Positions 39,422-50,521 of a DNA stretch of 64,000 nt are shown here, one piece after another; the stretch's first letter is position 1, and each line of letters starts with the position of its first letter. Under the pieces are notes generated by a model. That model saw nothing but the letters and a program-made list of their open reading frames with translations, ran no database searches and was not told the DNA's origin. This DNA is from an uncultured Acidobacteriota bacterium (GTDB lineage Bacteria > Acidobacteriota > Thermoanaerobaculia > UBA5066 > DATFVB01): the NCBI GenBank assembly GCA_963813155.1, contig CAWEYG010000003.1:736001-800000 (forward strand), read 5' to 3'. Both the position numbers and the translations under genes were made by a program.

Positions 39422-40439
39422 CTACCCTCCGGCGGTCTTCGGCTTCGACTCCGGCGCGTCGGGAAACTTCACGACGTCGTTGCGGATCGGCGGAAGCGAC
39501 TTCAGGTAGTCGTAGATCGCGCCCAGGTCCTGCTCGGTCATTCCCGAGAACGCGAGCCACGGCATGACCGTGTTCCGGCCGGGCTCGGCGGTGGGCATCG
39601 TCTCCGGCGTGAACGACGCGAACGCCTTGAAGCGCCCGATGAACTCCGCCTTGCTCGCCTGGCCGACGTACGTGCCCTGCTCGGGAGTGATGTTCGCGGT
39701 CACGACGCGGCCCCACGGGCCCTTCATCTCCCAGCCGCCGGAGAAATCCCGGCCGGCGACTTCCCGCCCATTCTCGCGGGGCGTGTGGCAGGTCCTGCAG
39801 CCGGCGATCGTGACGACGTACTTCCCGTAGGCCAGATGGTCCCGGCTGTCGTCGGGCGCGACGACGGGCCCCGTCAGCGGCTGCGGAACGAACTTGATCA
39901 TGAGGTTCACGGGAAAGTCGATGTGCTTCTTCGGCACCGCGTGGGCGATTGCGGGCAGCGATCGAAGATAGACGACGACGGACTTCGCATCCTCGTCGCT
40001 CATCTCCGCAAGGCTTCGGTACGGCATCATCGGAAACAACTCTTTCCCGTCGCGATCGACCCCTTCGCGGAACGCGCGGAGAATCTCGCCGTCGGTCCAT
40101 CGTCCGAGCCCGTGCTCCGGGTCGGGCGTGATGTTCTGCGCGCAGACGATGCCGGGCACGCCGAGCTTCGCGTCGAACGGATAGCCGCCCTGTCCCTCCG
40201 TGCCGCGCTTGATCGGCATCGCGAACCGCGTCGTGTGGTCCGAGTGGCAGCCGAGGCAGTCGCTCACGTGATCCACGAGGTACCGGCCCCGGGCCATGCG
40301 GGACGGCGTGGCTTCGACCTTCTCCGCGGAAGGAGGCCGCATCTTCGGCGGGCGAATCGACAGAAAAACGACGCCGGCCGCCGCGACGAGCACGACGACG
40401 AGCAGCGATGCAGCCGACGATCTTCGCGAGCTTCAACAT
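39422..40439 (-). CDS. Membrane-anchored diheme cytochrome c, apparent frameshift ~40400 in the signal anchor
   Basis: CLGCH and CRTCH, duplicated NITP motif, PMMPY and VMPW Met ligands. Confidence 0.88.
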
Positions 40440-40514
40440 TCCGACCTCCTCGAGAGTCGGGCGATTCTAGAGGCTGGAATCCCCTCGAATCGGACGCGAT
40501 ACCATCGCTCGAGG

Positions 40515-42840
40515 ATGCAGGGCCTTCCGACACTCCCCTCCGCCCCGGCCGAACGCGATCCCGTCTGCGGAATGACGCCGAAACCGGACACGCCCCACCG
40601 AGCGACGTTCGAGGAGCGGGAATACCTCTTCTGTTCCGCCGGCTGCCGCGCAAAATTCGACGCCGATCCGCGCAAGTATCTTGCAGCCGTTCCTTCGCCC
40701 GCCGGGCCTGCACCGCTTCCCCCTCTCGCTTGAGGGAGAGGGGACGCGAGAGGCGGCGACGGAGTGGGGCTGTCCCATGCATCCGGAAGTCGTCGCGAAC
40801 GCTCCCGGGTCCTGCCCGATCTGCGGCATGGCGCTCGAGCCGCGAACGGTCACGGCCGAGGAGGGGCCCAACCCCGAGCTCGCCGACATGACGCGCCGCC
40901 TGTGGGTGAGCGCCGCGCTCACCCTTTCCGTCGTCGTTCTGGGAATGGGGATGCGAGCGGGCGGCGGCGCTCTCACTCAGCTCGCGCTCGCGGCTCCCGT
41001 CGTTCTCTGGGGGGGCTGGCCTTTCTTCGTGCGGGGGTGGAAGTCGCTCGTTCTGCGCAGCCTCAACATGTTCACGCTCATCTCGCTCGGGGTCGGCGTC
41101 GCTTTTCTCTACAGCGTCGTCGCGGCTCTCGCGCCGGGAATCTTCCCCACCTCCCTCCGAATGGCCAACGGCGAAGTCGCCGTCTACTTCGAAGCGTCCG
41201 CTTCGATCGTCACGCTCGTCCTCGTCGGACAGGTCCTGGAGCTGCGGGCGCGAAGCCGGACCGGCGCCGCGCTCCGGGCCCTGCTCGGCCTCGCGCCGAA
41301 GACCGCGCGAAGGGTCGGCCCGGAGGGGCGGGACGAAGACGTCCCTCTCGACGCGATCCGTCCCGGCGACCGCCTTCGCGTGCGCCCGGGAGAGAAGATT
41401 CCCGTGGACGGCGTCGTTCTCGAAGGCTCGAGCGCGATCGACGAGTCGATGATCTCGGGCGAGCCGATTCCGGTCGAAAAAGGCCCCGGGGATCGCGTCG
41501 TCGGAGCGACGGTCAACCGCACCGGCTCGTTCGTCCTGCGCGCCGAGAAGGTGGGATCCGAAACCCTGCTCGCGCGGATCATCCAGATGGTCGCCGCGGC
41601 GCAGCGCAGCCGCGCCCCCATCCAGCGCCTCGCCGACGTCGTGGCCGGGTATTTCGTCCCCGCCGTCGTCGCAGTCGCGGCGGCGACCTTCGTCCTCTGG
41701 TCGCTCTTCGGGCCGGCGCCCCGCCTCGCGCACGCGATCGTCAACGCGGTCGCGGTCCTCATCATCGCCTGCCCGTGCGCGCTCGGCCTCGCCACGCCGA
41801 TCTCGATCATGGTCGCGATGGGAAAGGGAGCGAGCGTCGGCGTCCTCTTCCGCAATGCCGAATCGATCGAACAACTCCGAAACGTGGACACGCTCGTCGT
41901 CGACAAGACCGGCACTCTCACGGAGGGAAAGCCGCGGCTCGACGGAATCGTCGCGGCCGCCGGGTGGAGCGAGGCCCGCGTTCTCGAGATCGCCGCCGGC
42001 CTCGAGCGCGGCAGCGAGCACCCTCTCGCCGCGGCGATCGTCGAAGGCGCGAACGATCGGGGCGTCGCGGTTCCCGCGTCTTCCGATTTCGAGGCCGTCC
42101 CCGGGAAGGGCGTGCGGGGAACGATCGGCGGCGCGGCGTGCGCGCTCGGAAACCTCGCGCTGATGCAGGCGCTCGGAATCGACCCGGACGCGATGGCCGG
42201 GCGGGCCGAAGAGTTTCGGCGGAACGGAAGGACCGCCGTCTACGTCGCTTCCGGCGGAGAGATCGCGGGAATCGTGGCGATCGCCGACCCGATCCGGCCG
42301 AGCGCCCGCGAAGCGGTCGCGGCGCTGCACCGGGAGGGAATCCGCCTCGTGATGCTGACGGGGGACAGCCGCGCAACCGCCCTGGCCGTCGCGCGCGAGC
42401 TCGGGATCGACGAGGTCGAGGGAGACGTCCTGCCGGCCGGCAAAGCCGAGGCGATCCGCCGGCTTCAGGGCGAGGGGCTCGTGGTCGCGATGGCCGGCGA
42501 CGGGATCAACGACGCGCCGGCGCTCGCGCAGGCGCGGGTCGGCATCGCGATGGGAACGGGAACGGACGTCGCGATGGAAAGCGCCGGAATCACGCTCGTG
42601 CGCGGCGACCTGAACGGGATCGTCCGCGCCCGGAGGCTGTCGCAGGCGACGATGCGAAACATCCGGCAGAATCTCTTCTTCGCGTTCGTCTACAACTCCG
42701 TCGGGGTGCCGGTCGCGGCCGGAGCGCTCTATCCCTTCTTCGGAATCCTTCTCTCGCCAATCCTCGCCGCCGCCGCGATGAGCTTCAGCTCCTTCTCGGT
42801 GATCGCGAATGCCTTGAGGCTGAGCCGGGCGCGCATCTAG
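40515..42840 (+). CDS. copA: Cu(I)-translocating P1B ATPase with YHS and CPMHP domains, apparent frameshift ~40725
   Basis: DPVCGM..FCSAGC (YHS), [38 protein letters not shown]. Confidence 0.93.
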
Positions 42841-42873
42841 GCGTCGCCGAACGGGTCCTGTCGCGGGACGGCA

Positions 42874-43968
42874 CTACCGCGTATATGAGATTCGGTAGAT
42901 CGTTCCCGTCTGGTCGTCCGACACAAGAAGCGCTCCGTCCGGCATGACCTGCACGTCGACCGGCCTTCCCCAGGCCCTCTCGCCCTGGAGCCATCCCTCG
43001 GCGAACGGGCGGTAGCCGGTGACCCGGCCGCGGTCCACGCCGACGAACGTCACCCGATAGCCGACCTTGCGACTGCGATTCCAGGAGCCGTGCTCCGCGA
43101 TGAAAATCCCTCGGCGGTACTCGGACGGAAACGTGGTGCCCGTGGAAAATCGCATGCCGAGGGACGCCACGTGCGCGCCCAGATTTTGCGCGGGCGGCGT
43201 GAATTGCGAGCAAGGATGTTTGTTGCCGAATTCCGGATCCGCGACCGTACCGCCGTGACAATAGGGAAAGCCGAAATTCATGCCGGGCTTCGGCGCGAAG
43301 TTCAACTCGTCCGGAGGCACGTCATCGCCGAGCAGGTCCCTCCCGTTGTCGGTGAACCACAGCTCCCGCGTTTCCGGGTTCCAGTCGAAACCGACCGAGT
43401 TGCGCACGCCCCGGGCATAGACTGCCATCCCGCTTCCGTCCGGGCGCATGCGCATGATCGTGCCGTAAGGGTCCGGCTTTTCGCAGACGTTGCACGGCAT
43501 TCCGATGCCGAAGTAGAGCCAGTTGTCCGGCCCGAACCGGATCACCTTCAGCCCGTGCCATTCCTCCGGGGGCAGGGCGTCGGTCACGAGCGCGGGGTGA
43601 CGCGGCGACCGAAGCGTCTGCAGGATGTCGTCGTAACGCCAGACCCGGTTGATCTCGGCGACGTAGAGCGATCCGGCGCGGAACGCGACCCCGTTCGGAG
43701 ACCGAAGGCCCCGCGCAATCACGATCGTCTCCTCGGACTTCGGACCGCAGTGCGGGTTCGTCAGCGCGTAGACGTTCCCGCCCTTGGACCCGACGAACAC
43801 CGTGCAGTCCGGCCCGAGCACCATCGAACGGGCCTCCGGGACCTGATCGGCGTAGATCCCGATCTGAAACCCGGGCGGAAGCCGAATCGTGTCGAGCGGA
43901 AGATGGCGCTCCGCCATCGCGGAGCCGGAGAGGGCCAGGAGCGGGAAAAGCCAGGCGAGTCTTCTCAT
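42874..43968 (-). CDS. Secreted glucose/sorbosone dehydrogenase-family beta-propeller protein
   Basis: Signal peptide, GMPCNVC, GVRNSVGFDW, DELN, HGSWNR, GRPVDV, SDD. Confidence 0.9.
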   Translation of the reverse strand: MRRLAWLFPLLALSGSAMAERHLPLDTIRLPPGFQIGIYADQVPEARSMVLGPDCTVFVGSKGGNVYALTNPHCGPKSEETIVIARGLRSPNGVAFRAGSLYVAEINRVWRYDDILQTLRSPRHPALVTDALPPEEWHGLKVIRFGPDNWLYFGIGMPCNVCEKPDPYGTIMRMRPDGSGMAVYARGVRNSVGFDWNPETRELWFTDNGRDLLGDDVPPDELNFAPKPGMNFGFPYCHGGTVADPEFGNKHPCSQFTPPAQNLGAHVASLGMRFSTGTTFPSEYRRGIFIAEHGSWNRSRKVGYRVTFVGVDRGRVTGYRPFAEGWLQGERAWGRPVDVQVMPDGALLVSDDQTGTIYRISYTR

Positions 43969-43976
43969 TCACTTCC

Positions 43977-44891
43977 TCACAAGAGCGAAACCGATGCCAT
44001 CGCAGCCGGAACGCGCACGCGAATCGCGCCCGGAACGACCCAGAAGCTCACCGGAAACGAGGGCTTCCGGATCTCGCCGTCCGCGTGCGCAAACAGAGGA
44101 CGGTCGGAGCCCAGCGTGAACCCTTTTCCACGGAAGAACCTCGCCTTCGGATGGCTCCGGTGCGCGCCGAAGAGCGCCTTCGGAAGGTTCGCGAGCGTTT
44201 CGAGCTTGCCGAGATCCCCGATCACGCACGCGTCGAGCGCTCCGTCGGACGGGGAAGCGTCCGGCGTGAGGAGAAACCCGCCGCCGCACGACGGTCCGTT
44301 GCCCACCGCGCAGAGGAGAGCCTTCCCTTCCCAGGACCCGAAATCCCCCTCGAGTCTCAGGACGGGCTTCTCGTAGGTCGCGATCGTCGCGACGGCGGCC
44401 GCGAGGTACGCGGGCAGCCCGCGCAATCTTCGAAACTCCTTCGACTTCGCGGCTGCCGCCCCGTCCAGCCCGACGCCGACGCCGCTGAAGAAGAATTCGC
44501 CGTCCATCGCGCCGAGGTCGAGAGTCTTTTCTTCGCCATCGATTGCGAGATCGGCCGCCGGGCCGAACTTCCGCGGCGAGCCGATCGTCCTCGCGGCGTC
44601 GTTTCCGCCTCCCGCGGGAACGAAACAGAGGACTCCCCGGCCCGGCGCCGCCCCCATCGCCTGCACGATCTCGTGGACGGTGCCGTCGCCGCCGACCGCC
44701 ACGACGACGCCGTCCCGCTCGGCCTCGATGAATTCGCGCGCCAGCTCCGTCGCGTGGCCGGGCGCAGCGGTCCGAAAAATCTCGAACGAGGCGCCGCGCT
44801 CCCGCAGGCGCGACTGGACGCTCGCGAGAATTCGCGGCTCACGGCCGTTGCCGGCGGCCGGATTCCCGATGACGCGGATCGGAGAGGACAG
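43977..44891 (-). CDS. Diacylglycerol/lipid kinase, YegS/BmrU family
   Basis: NPAAG, GHATELA, GGDGT, GGGND, ADGE. The frame is open upstream of the called GTG; probable CTG start. Confidence 0.88.
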   Translation of the reverse strand: MSSPIRVIGNPAAGNGREPRILASVQSRLRERGASFEIFRTAAPGHATELAREFIEAERDGVVVAVGGDGTVHEIVQAMGAAPGRGVLCFVPAGGGNDAARTIGSPRKFGPAADLAIDGEEKTLDLGAMDGEFFFSGVGVGLDGAAAAKSKEFRRLRGLPAYLAAAVATIATYEKPVLRLEGDFGSWEGKALLCAVGNGPSCGGGFLLTPDASPSDGALDACVIGDLGKLETLANLPKALFGAHRSHPKARFFRGKGFTLGSDRPLFAHADGEIRKPSFPVSFWVVPGAIRVRVPAAMASVSLL

Positions 44892-44917
44892 ATCGATTCT
44901 TCGGTTATCCTTCGGCG

Positions 44918-45433
44918 ATGATTCTGAAGGTTTCGAAGCTCGGCGTCAAAGTTCTGCGCGAAAAGGCGGCCGACGTCGACCCGAAAGACGTGCGGCAGGG
45001 CAAGTACGAGCCGTTCCTCGAGCACATGCTCGACACGATGCGGGAATACGACGGGACCGGCCTGGCGGCCCCGCAGGTCTTCGCGGGAGTGCGCGTGTTC
45101 GTGTACGAAGTCGTTCCCGAACGCCGGAACAAGAAGGAGAAGGCCGTTCCGCTGACGGCGCTCTTCAACGCCCGCTACGAACCGGTCGGCGACGAAATCG
45201 AGGTCGATTCGGAGGGTTGCCTCTCCGTCCCGTTCCTTTGGGGAGACGAGGTCCCGCGATGGAAGACGATCCGCGTCCGCGCTCTCGACCGCGGCGGAAA
45301 GGCGGTCGCGTTCGAGGCGGAAGGCTTTCACGCGCGGGTCCTGCAGCACGAGATCGACCACCTCGACGGGATCGTCTACCTGGACCGGATGAAAGACCTC
45401 CGGAGCCTCGGCTACACCGTAAAGTTTGGGTAA
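44918..45433 (+). CDS. def: Peptide deformylase
   Basis: GTGLAAPQ, EGCLS, QHEIDHLDG. Confidence 0.96.
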   Translation: MILKVSKLGVKVLREKAADVDPKDVRQGKYEPFLEHMLDTMREYDGTGLAAPQVFAGVRVFVYEVVPERRNKKEKAVPLTALFNARYEPVGDEIEVDSEGCLSVPFLWGDEVPRWKTIRVRALDRGGKAVAFEAEGFHARVLQHEIDHLDGIVYLDRMKDLRSLGYTVKFG

Positions 45434-45440
45434 GTCGAGC

Positions 45441-45480
45441 TTGTGAAGCGTTTCACATTCCCGTTTCGCTCTGATAGATT
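45441..45480 (+). promoter_or_regulatory. Rex/CRP-like palindrome overlapping the -35 of the second nuoB promoter
   Basis: TTGTGAAGCGTTTCACAT (45441-45458); TTCACA (45452-45457)-N17-TAGATT (45475-45480) with extended TG. Confidence 0.7.
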
Positions 45481-45486
45481 TTGAGC

Positions 45487-46029
45487 ATGGCGAGCTCGCG
45501 CCCCCTCGACACGATGCCGTCCGGCTCTGCCGACTTCTTCACGACGCGGCTCGACAACCTCGTCGCGTGGGCGCGCAAGAACTCCCTGTGGCCGCTCCCC
45601 TTCGGGACGGCGTGTTGCGCGATCGAATACATGTCGATCGTCTCCTCGCATTACGACCTCTCCCGGTTCGGCGCGGAGGTCGTGCGGTTTTCTCCCCGGC
45701 AGGCCGATCTTCTGATCGTTGCGGGAACGGTCGTCGACAAACTCGCTCCCGTGCTCCGCAAGATCTACGACCAGATGCCGGAGCCGAAATGGGTGATCTC
45801 GATGGGCGTCTGCGCCTCGTCGGGAGGGTTTTACCGGGCGTACCACGTCGTCCAGGGCATCGACGAGATCGTTCCGGTCGACGTTTACGTCCCCGGCTGC
45901 CCTCCGACGCCGGAAGAGCTGATGTACGGGATCATCCGGCTCCAGGAAGCGATCCAGTCGGGAAAGAAGTCCCGCGACGGCCGCTCGGCGCGCTACGCGG
46001 CGAGCCTTCCCGCGATCCAGGCGCCGTGA
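45487..46029 (+). CDS. nuoB: NADH-quinone oxidoreductase subunit B (second copy)
   Basis: [24 protein letters not shown]. Confidence 0.95.
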   Translation: MASSRPLDTMPSGSADFFTTRLDNLVAWARKNSLWPLPFGTACCAIEYMSIVSSHYDLSRFGAEVVRFSPRQADLLIVAGTVVDKLAPVLRKIYDQMPEPKWVISMGVCASSGGFYRAYHVVQGIDEIVPVDVYVPGCPPTPEELMYGIIRLQEAIQSGKKSRDGRSARYAASLPAIQAP

Positions 46030-47755
46030 GCGACACGGCCGTCTCTTCCCTGTCGGCGCCCGCCGAACGGATCCGGCGGAAAATCGCGGAGAAATTCCCC
46101 GATTCGAAAGTCTCCGTCGCAGACCTCGACCTGCCCACCGTCGAGACCGACCCTTCGAGCTGGCCCGCGGTCGCCCGCTTCCTGCGCGACGACCCGGAGC
46201 TGCGGTTCGATCTTCTGCTGGATCTCGCGGGAGTCGACAATCTCCAGCGCCGGGGCCGGCCGAGCCGGTTCGAAGCCGTCGTCGCACTTTTACTCCACTG
46301 TTCGCGACGAGCACGTTCGCGCGAAGGTCATCCTGGACTCCGACAAACCGGGCCTGCCGTCCGTCGTCGACGTCTGGCCCGCGGCGAACTGGTTCGAGCG
46401 CGAGGCCTTCGACCTTTTCGGTTTCGATTTTCCCGGGCATCCGAGGCTGCGTCGCCTGCCTGTGCCACGAGGCGTTCGTCGGCCACGCGCTCCGCAAAGA
46501 CTACGCCGCCGGCCAGCGCTGGATGTGCACGGACGACGACCTCTACGTGCCGTCGCTCGTCGAGCGGGAGAACGAGGAGCAGGACCAGTTCGAGACGGTC
46601 GTCGTCAACCTCGGGCCGTCGCATCCCGCGACGCACGGGACGCTCCGGATCGTCGCGCGCCTCGACGGGGAGCAGATCCTCGAGGCCGAGTCGGAGATCG
46701 GCTACCTGCACCGCTGCTTCGAGAAAATGTCGGAGACGCACACCTGGAACCAGGTCATCCCGTACACGGACCGCCTGAACTACTGCTCGTCGTTCCTCAA
46801 CAACGTCGCCTACTGCAAGACGGTGGAGCGGATGCTCGGGATCGAGGTGCCGGAGCGCGGCGCGCTCATCCGCACGATCCTCTCCGAGTTCTCGCGGGTG
46901 ATGGACCACTGCGTGTGCATCGGCGCGAACCTCGTCGACACGGGAGCGCTCACGAACTTCTGGTATCTCTTCCAGTGCCGCGAGGAGATCTACTCGCTGA
47001 TCGAGGCCTGCTGCGGGGCACGCCTGACCGTCTCCTACGGACGGATCGGCGGCCTCTCGCGCGACGTGCCGGAGGACTTCGTCGAGCGGTGCAAGTCGCT
47101 GCTGAAGTCGATTCCGCCGTTCCTGAACGACGTGGACGGGCTCATCAAGAAGAATCGGATCGTGTGGAACCGTTTTCACGGCGTCGGCGTCGTCTCCCGC
47201 GAGCAGGCGATCGCCTGGGGATTCACCGGCCCGTGCCTGCGCGCTTCCGGAGTCGGGTACGACGTGAGGAAGTCCCGTCCGTACGATTTCTACGACCGCT
47301 TCGACTGGGACGTGCCGGTGCACCGCGACGGCGACAACTATGCCCGCTACCTCGTCCGCATGGAGGAGATGCGGCAGTCCCTTTCGATCATCCGCCAGGC
47401 GCTCGAGGTGTTTCCGAAGTCCGGGCCCGTCGACGCCGCCGACTGGCACGTCGTGCTCCCGCCGAAGAACAACGTGTACCACGACATGGAATCGCTCATC
47501 TATCACTTCAAATGGGTGATGGAGGGGATCCAGGTGCCGGAAGGCGAACGGTACGAATGGTTCGAAGGGGGCAACGGGGAGCTCGGCTTCTACATCGTGT
47601 CGACGGGAGGCGGATCGCCCTACCGCGTCAAGGTCCGGCCGCCCTGCTTTCCCCTGATGGCCGCCTTCGAAAAGATCATCGCGGGCAGCCGCATTTCGGA
47701 CGCCGTCGCGACGCTCGGGACGCTGAACATCATCGCCGGGGAACTGGACAGATGA
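46026..47755 (+). CDS. nuoCD: Fused NuoC/D (second copy), apparent frameshifts ~46285 and ~46460
   Basis: [22 protein letters not shown], then GHALRKDY continuing in frame into [20 protein letters not shown]...IAGELDR. Confidence 0.88.
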
Positions 47756-48394
47756 GCGCGAAGGTCGTCGACATCACCGACCGCGAGCCGCGCTCGCCGT
47801 CTTTCGCCGCGCGCCTCTATCTCCCCGAGATCTTCAAGGGGATGCTCGTCACGATCGGGCATTTCCTGCGCAACATCGTCGCGATCGGCAAGCTCCCGAC
47901 GATCCTCTACCCCGAACAGAAGCGGAACTATTCCGAAAGGTTTCGCGGCAAGCACATCCTGAAGACCCGCGAGGACGGGACGCTCAAGTGCGTCGCCTGC
48001 TACATGTGCGCGCAGGCGTGCCCGGCGGACTGCATCCAGATCGTCGCCGGCGAGCACCCGAAGATCGCCTACGAGAAATATCCGGTCGTCTTCAACATCG
48101 ACATGCTGCGCTGCGTCATGTGCGGTTTCTGCGTGGACGCCTGTCCCGAAGGACGCGATCTGGATGAGCCGCGACTACGAGCTCTCGTTTTTCACGCGGC
48201 ACGAATCGGTCTTCGACATCTCCCGGCTCGTCGAAAAGCCGGGCGCCCCCGTCAAAGACGGGTACGGATACCGGCCGTACTACCCCGGCGACGGCACCGT
48301 GCCCCCGACCGACGCTTCGACCGCCCCCGTCGTTCCCGGCGACGGAGGACGAAAGGAGCTCCGCGAGAAGGGGCTGCTGCCGGTCCACTCCTGA
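47752..48394 (+). CDS. nuoI: NADH-quinone oxidoreductase subunit I (second copy), apparent frameshift ~48150
   Basis: TILYPE, RFRGKH, CVACYMCAQACP, CVMCGFCVDACPE|DAIWMSRDYEL. Confidence 0.9.
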
Positions 48395-50502
48395 CGCGCC
48401 GCCGGCAAATCTTTCTTTTTCTTGCGCTCTGGTGGCTCGCTCTCGGCGCGGTCAACCTCGCGTGGCTCTCGAAAAACACCCGTCCCCCGTCGTGGGATCC
48501 CTTCAACCATCTCTTTTCCGGCGCGAAGTACCACAACCTCGTCGCGGATCTGCTCGAGGGGAACGCGACCGTCCGGGCGACGGCCCGATCGCTGCTGCGC
48601 GTCGACGACCACTATCCGCCGCTGGCGCCCCTCGCGGCGGGACCGGCGTTCGGAGGCGCCGATCCCCGGAGCCCGACGCTCTTCCTGAACCAGGCCGCGC
48701 TCGCGCTGCTGATCGGCGCGACCTACGCGATGGGAAAAAGATATTCCTCGGAGGCGACCGGGATCCTCGCCGCGATCGCCGTGTCGTCGTTTCCGATCGT
48801 CTCGATGCAATCGAGGATGTTCATGCTCGATCTGCCCGATGCGGCGATGACCGCGCTCGCCCTGCTTGCGCTCTGCCGCGCCGACGCCTTTCGCCGCGCC
48901 GCACCTTCGTTGGTCTTCGGAGCGACGCTCGGGCTGGCTCTTCTCACGAAATGGACGGTCGTCTTTTTCCTCGCCGCGCCCCTCGCCTTCGAGTTGCTTC
49001 GAGCCGCGAGGTCGTCCGAGCGCGGCCGGCGTCTGGGAAACGCGGGCGCGGGTCTCCTTCTCGCGGCCGCGATCCCCCTCCCGTGGTACTCGGCGCACCT
49101 GTGGAACATCCTCCGCGATTCAGCGAAATTTTCGTACGACGTCGGAGTACGCGAAGGCGATCCGCCGGTCTTCACCGCGAAATCGCTGTTCTTTTACGCC
49201 TCGTCGCTTCCGGCGGCCGTCCTCGCGCCCTGGGCCTTTCTCTTTGTCGGGGGTCTTGCGCTCGCGGCTCGGGACCGTTTCCGCCGGGGCCGGTTGATGT
49301 TCTTTGCGATCCTGGGCGGCTGGGCGATCCTGACCCTGATCCGGAACAAGGATTCCCGCTACGTGATCCCCATGCTGCCCGTCATTGCGGTCGTCGCCGC
49401 GTCCGCGCTCGACGCTTTCCGAGTCCGGTTCCGCTGGAAGGCCGCCGCCGCGGGCTTGCTCGCCGCGATCTCGCTCGGCGCGGCCTGGCGGACGGACCCT
49501 CCGGTTCGCGAGAATTGGCCCATTCACGAAGCGGTCGAGTTTCTCCGGCGCCAGCCGGTTTCACGGCCCCGGCTTCGGGTCGTCCCGGACTGGCCGTATT
49601 TCGAGAGGCATGGCTTCGAGTACGCCGCGGAAGAAGCGCGCTTTCCGCTCGACGTCGGCATGTGGTTTCATTTCCCCGCTTTCACCGACTTCGTGATCAC
49701 GAAGAGCGGCGACCAGGGAGAGCGCCCGGAGCCGAAGGAGATCATGCGCGAGGTCGAAGATCCCCGGAGCGACTTCCGGTCTCTTTTCCAACCCGTCTGG
49801 GAACACCCGCTCCCCGACGGAGGCGTCGCACGGATCTACGCCCGGCACGTCGCGCCGGCTCCGGCCGAGCCGGACGAGATCGTTCGCCGACTTCGATCGG
49901 CCGCGGCCGACCTCGTCGCCGCCTACTTCCGCGACGTCGAGGGACTGGAAATCGATGTCGACCCGTACTCCGACGGCGAGACCCGGAGCGGGCGGTTCCG
50001 GCGGATCGACATCCGCATTTCCACCGCTGCGATCCGCGGGAAAAAACCCGGTTCACCCGCGCTCGCGCTTCGAAACGTCCGACTGGAAGTGTCCGACGTC
50101 GTCGTCAATCCGTATCGCCTCCTTCGCGACGGAACGATCGAAGTCCTGAGCCTTCGCGAGGCGGCGCCCTCCGTCGAGCTGCGGGAAGAAGACGCGAGCG
50201 AGTATCTCGCCTCGCTTCTTCGCGGCCCGAGCCACGTGCGATTCTCCTCCGGAACGATCTCGATCGAAGCGCATCCGCGCGGGCGGATCCCGGCGATCTC
50301 GCTCTCCCTCGAGCCGCGAATCGTCGCGGGCGAGAACATCGGATTCCACGTGACGCGATTTCGCGTCGGCGATCTACCGATCCCGGCGGCGATCGCCGGA
50401 ATGTTGACCGCGGGAAACGACCCGATCCTCAAACCGATGCCGTGCCGCGTGCGACTCGATCGCTTGAGCATCGAGGGCGGGGTCCTGGCCCTCAACGAAT
50501 AG
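48391..50502 (+). CDS. GT-C (ArnT/PMT-like) glycosyltransferase with C-terminal DUF2993/LmeA-like domain
   Basis: PPSWD..H, YPPL, multiple TMs, LALLTKW, PWY, NKDSRY. The soluble C-terminus LEIDV..GRFRRIDI..LRNVRLEVSDVVVNPYRL..LREED resembles DUF2993. Confidence 0.8.
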   Translation: MTRRRQIFLFLALWWLALGAVNLAWLSKNTRPPSWDPFNHLFSGAKYHNLVADLLEGNATVRATARSLLRVDDHYPPLAPLAAGPAFGGADPRSPTLFLNQAALALLIGATYAMGKRYSSEATGILAAIAVSSFPIVSMQSRMFMLDLPDAAMTALALLALCRADAFRRAAPSLVFGATLGLALLTKWTVVFFLAAPLAFELLRAARSSERGRRLGNAGAGLLLAAAIPLPWYSAHLWNILRDSAKFSYDVGVREGDPPVFTAKSLFFYASSLPAAVLAPWAFLFVGGLALAARDRFRRGRLMFFAILGGWAILTLIRNKDSRYVIPMLPVIAVVAASALDAFRVRFRWKAAAAGLLAAISLGAAWRTDPPVRENWPIHEAVEFLRRQPVSRPRLRVVPDWPYFERHGFEYAAEEARFPLDVGMWFHFPAFTDFVITKSGDQGERPEPKEIMREVEDPRSDFRSLFQPVWEHPLPDGGVARIYARHVAPAPAEPDEIVRRLRSAAADLVAAYFRDVEGLEIDVDPYSDGETRSGRFRRIDIRISTAAIRGKKPGSPALALRNVRLEVSDVVVNPYRLLRDGTIEVLSLREAAPSVELREEDASEYLASLLRGPSHVRFSSGTISIEAHPRGRIPAISLSLEPRIVAGENIGFHVTRFRVGDLPIPAAIAGMLTAGNDPILKPMPCRVRLDRLSIEGGVLALNE

Positions 50503-50521
50503 CGCGGGCTCGCGGTCCGAG

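Noticed and set aside
46523-47755. Second NuoD as a group 4 [NiFe]-hydrogenase large subunit
   Set aside because: It is Cys-rich but lacks the N- and C-terminal CxxC Ni ligands; it ends IAGELDR and has GPSHPATHG like NuoD.
46462-50502. Apparent 1346-aa NuoI-glycosyltransferase fusion
   Set aside because: An extra G near 48150 diverts NuoI; its real tail (DAIWMSRDYEL...) ends at 48394. The ORF's N-terminal third is off-frame nuoD sequence.
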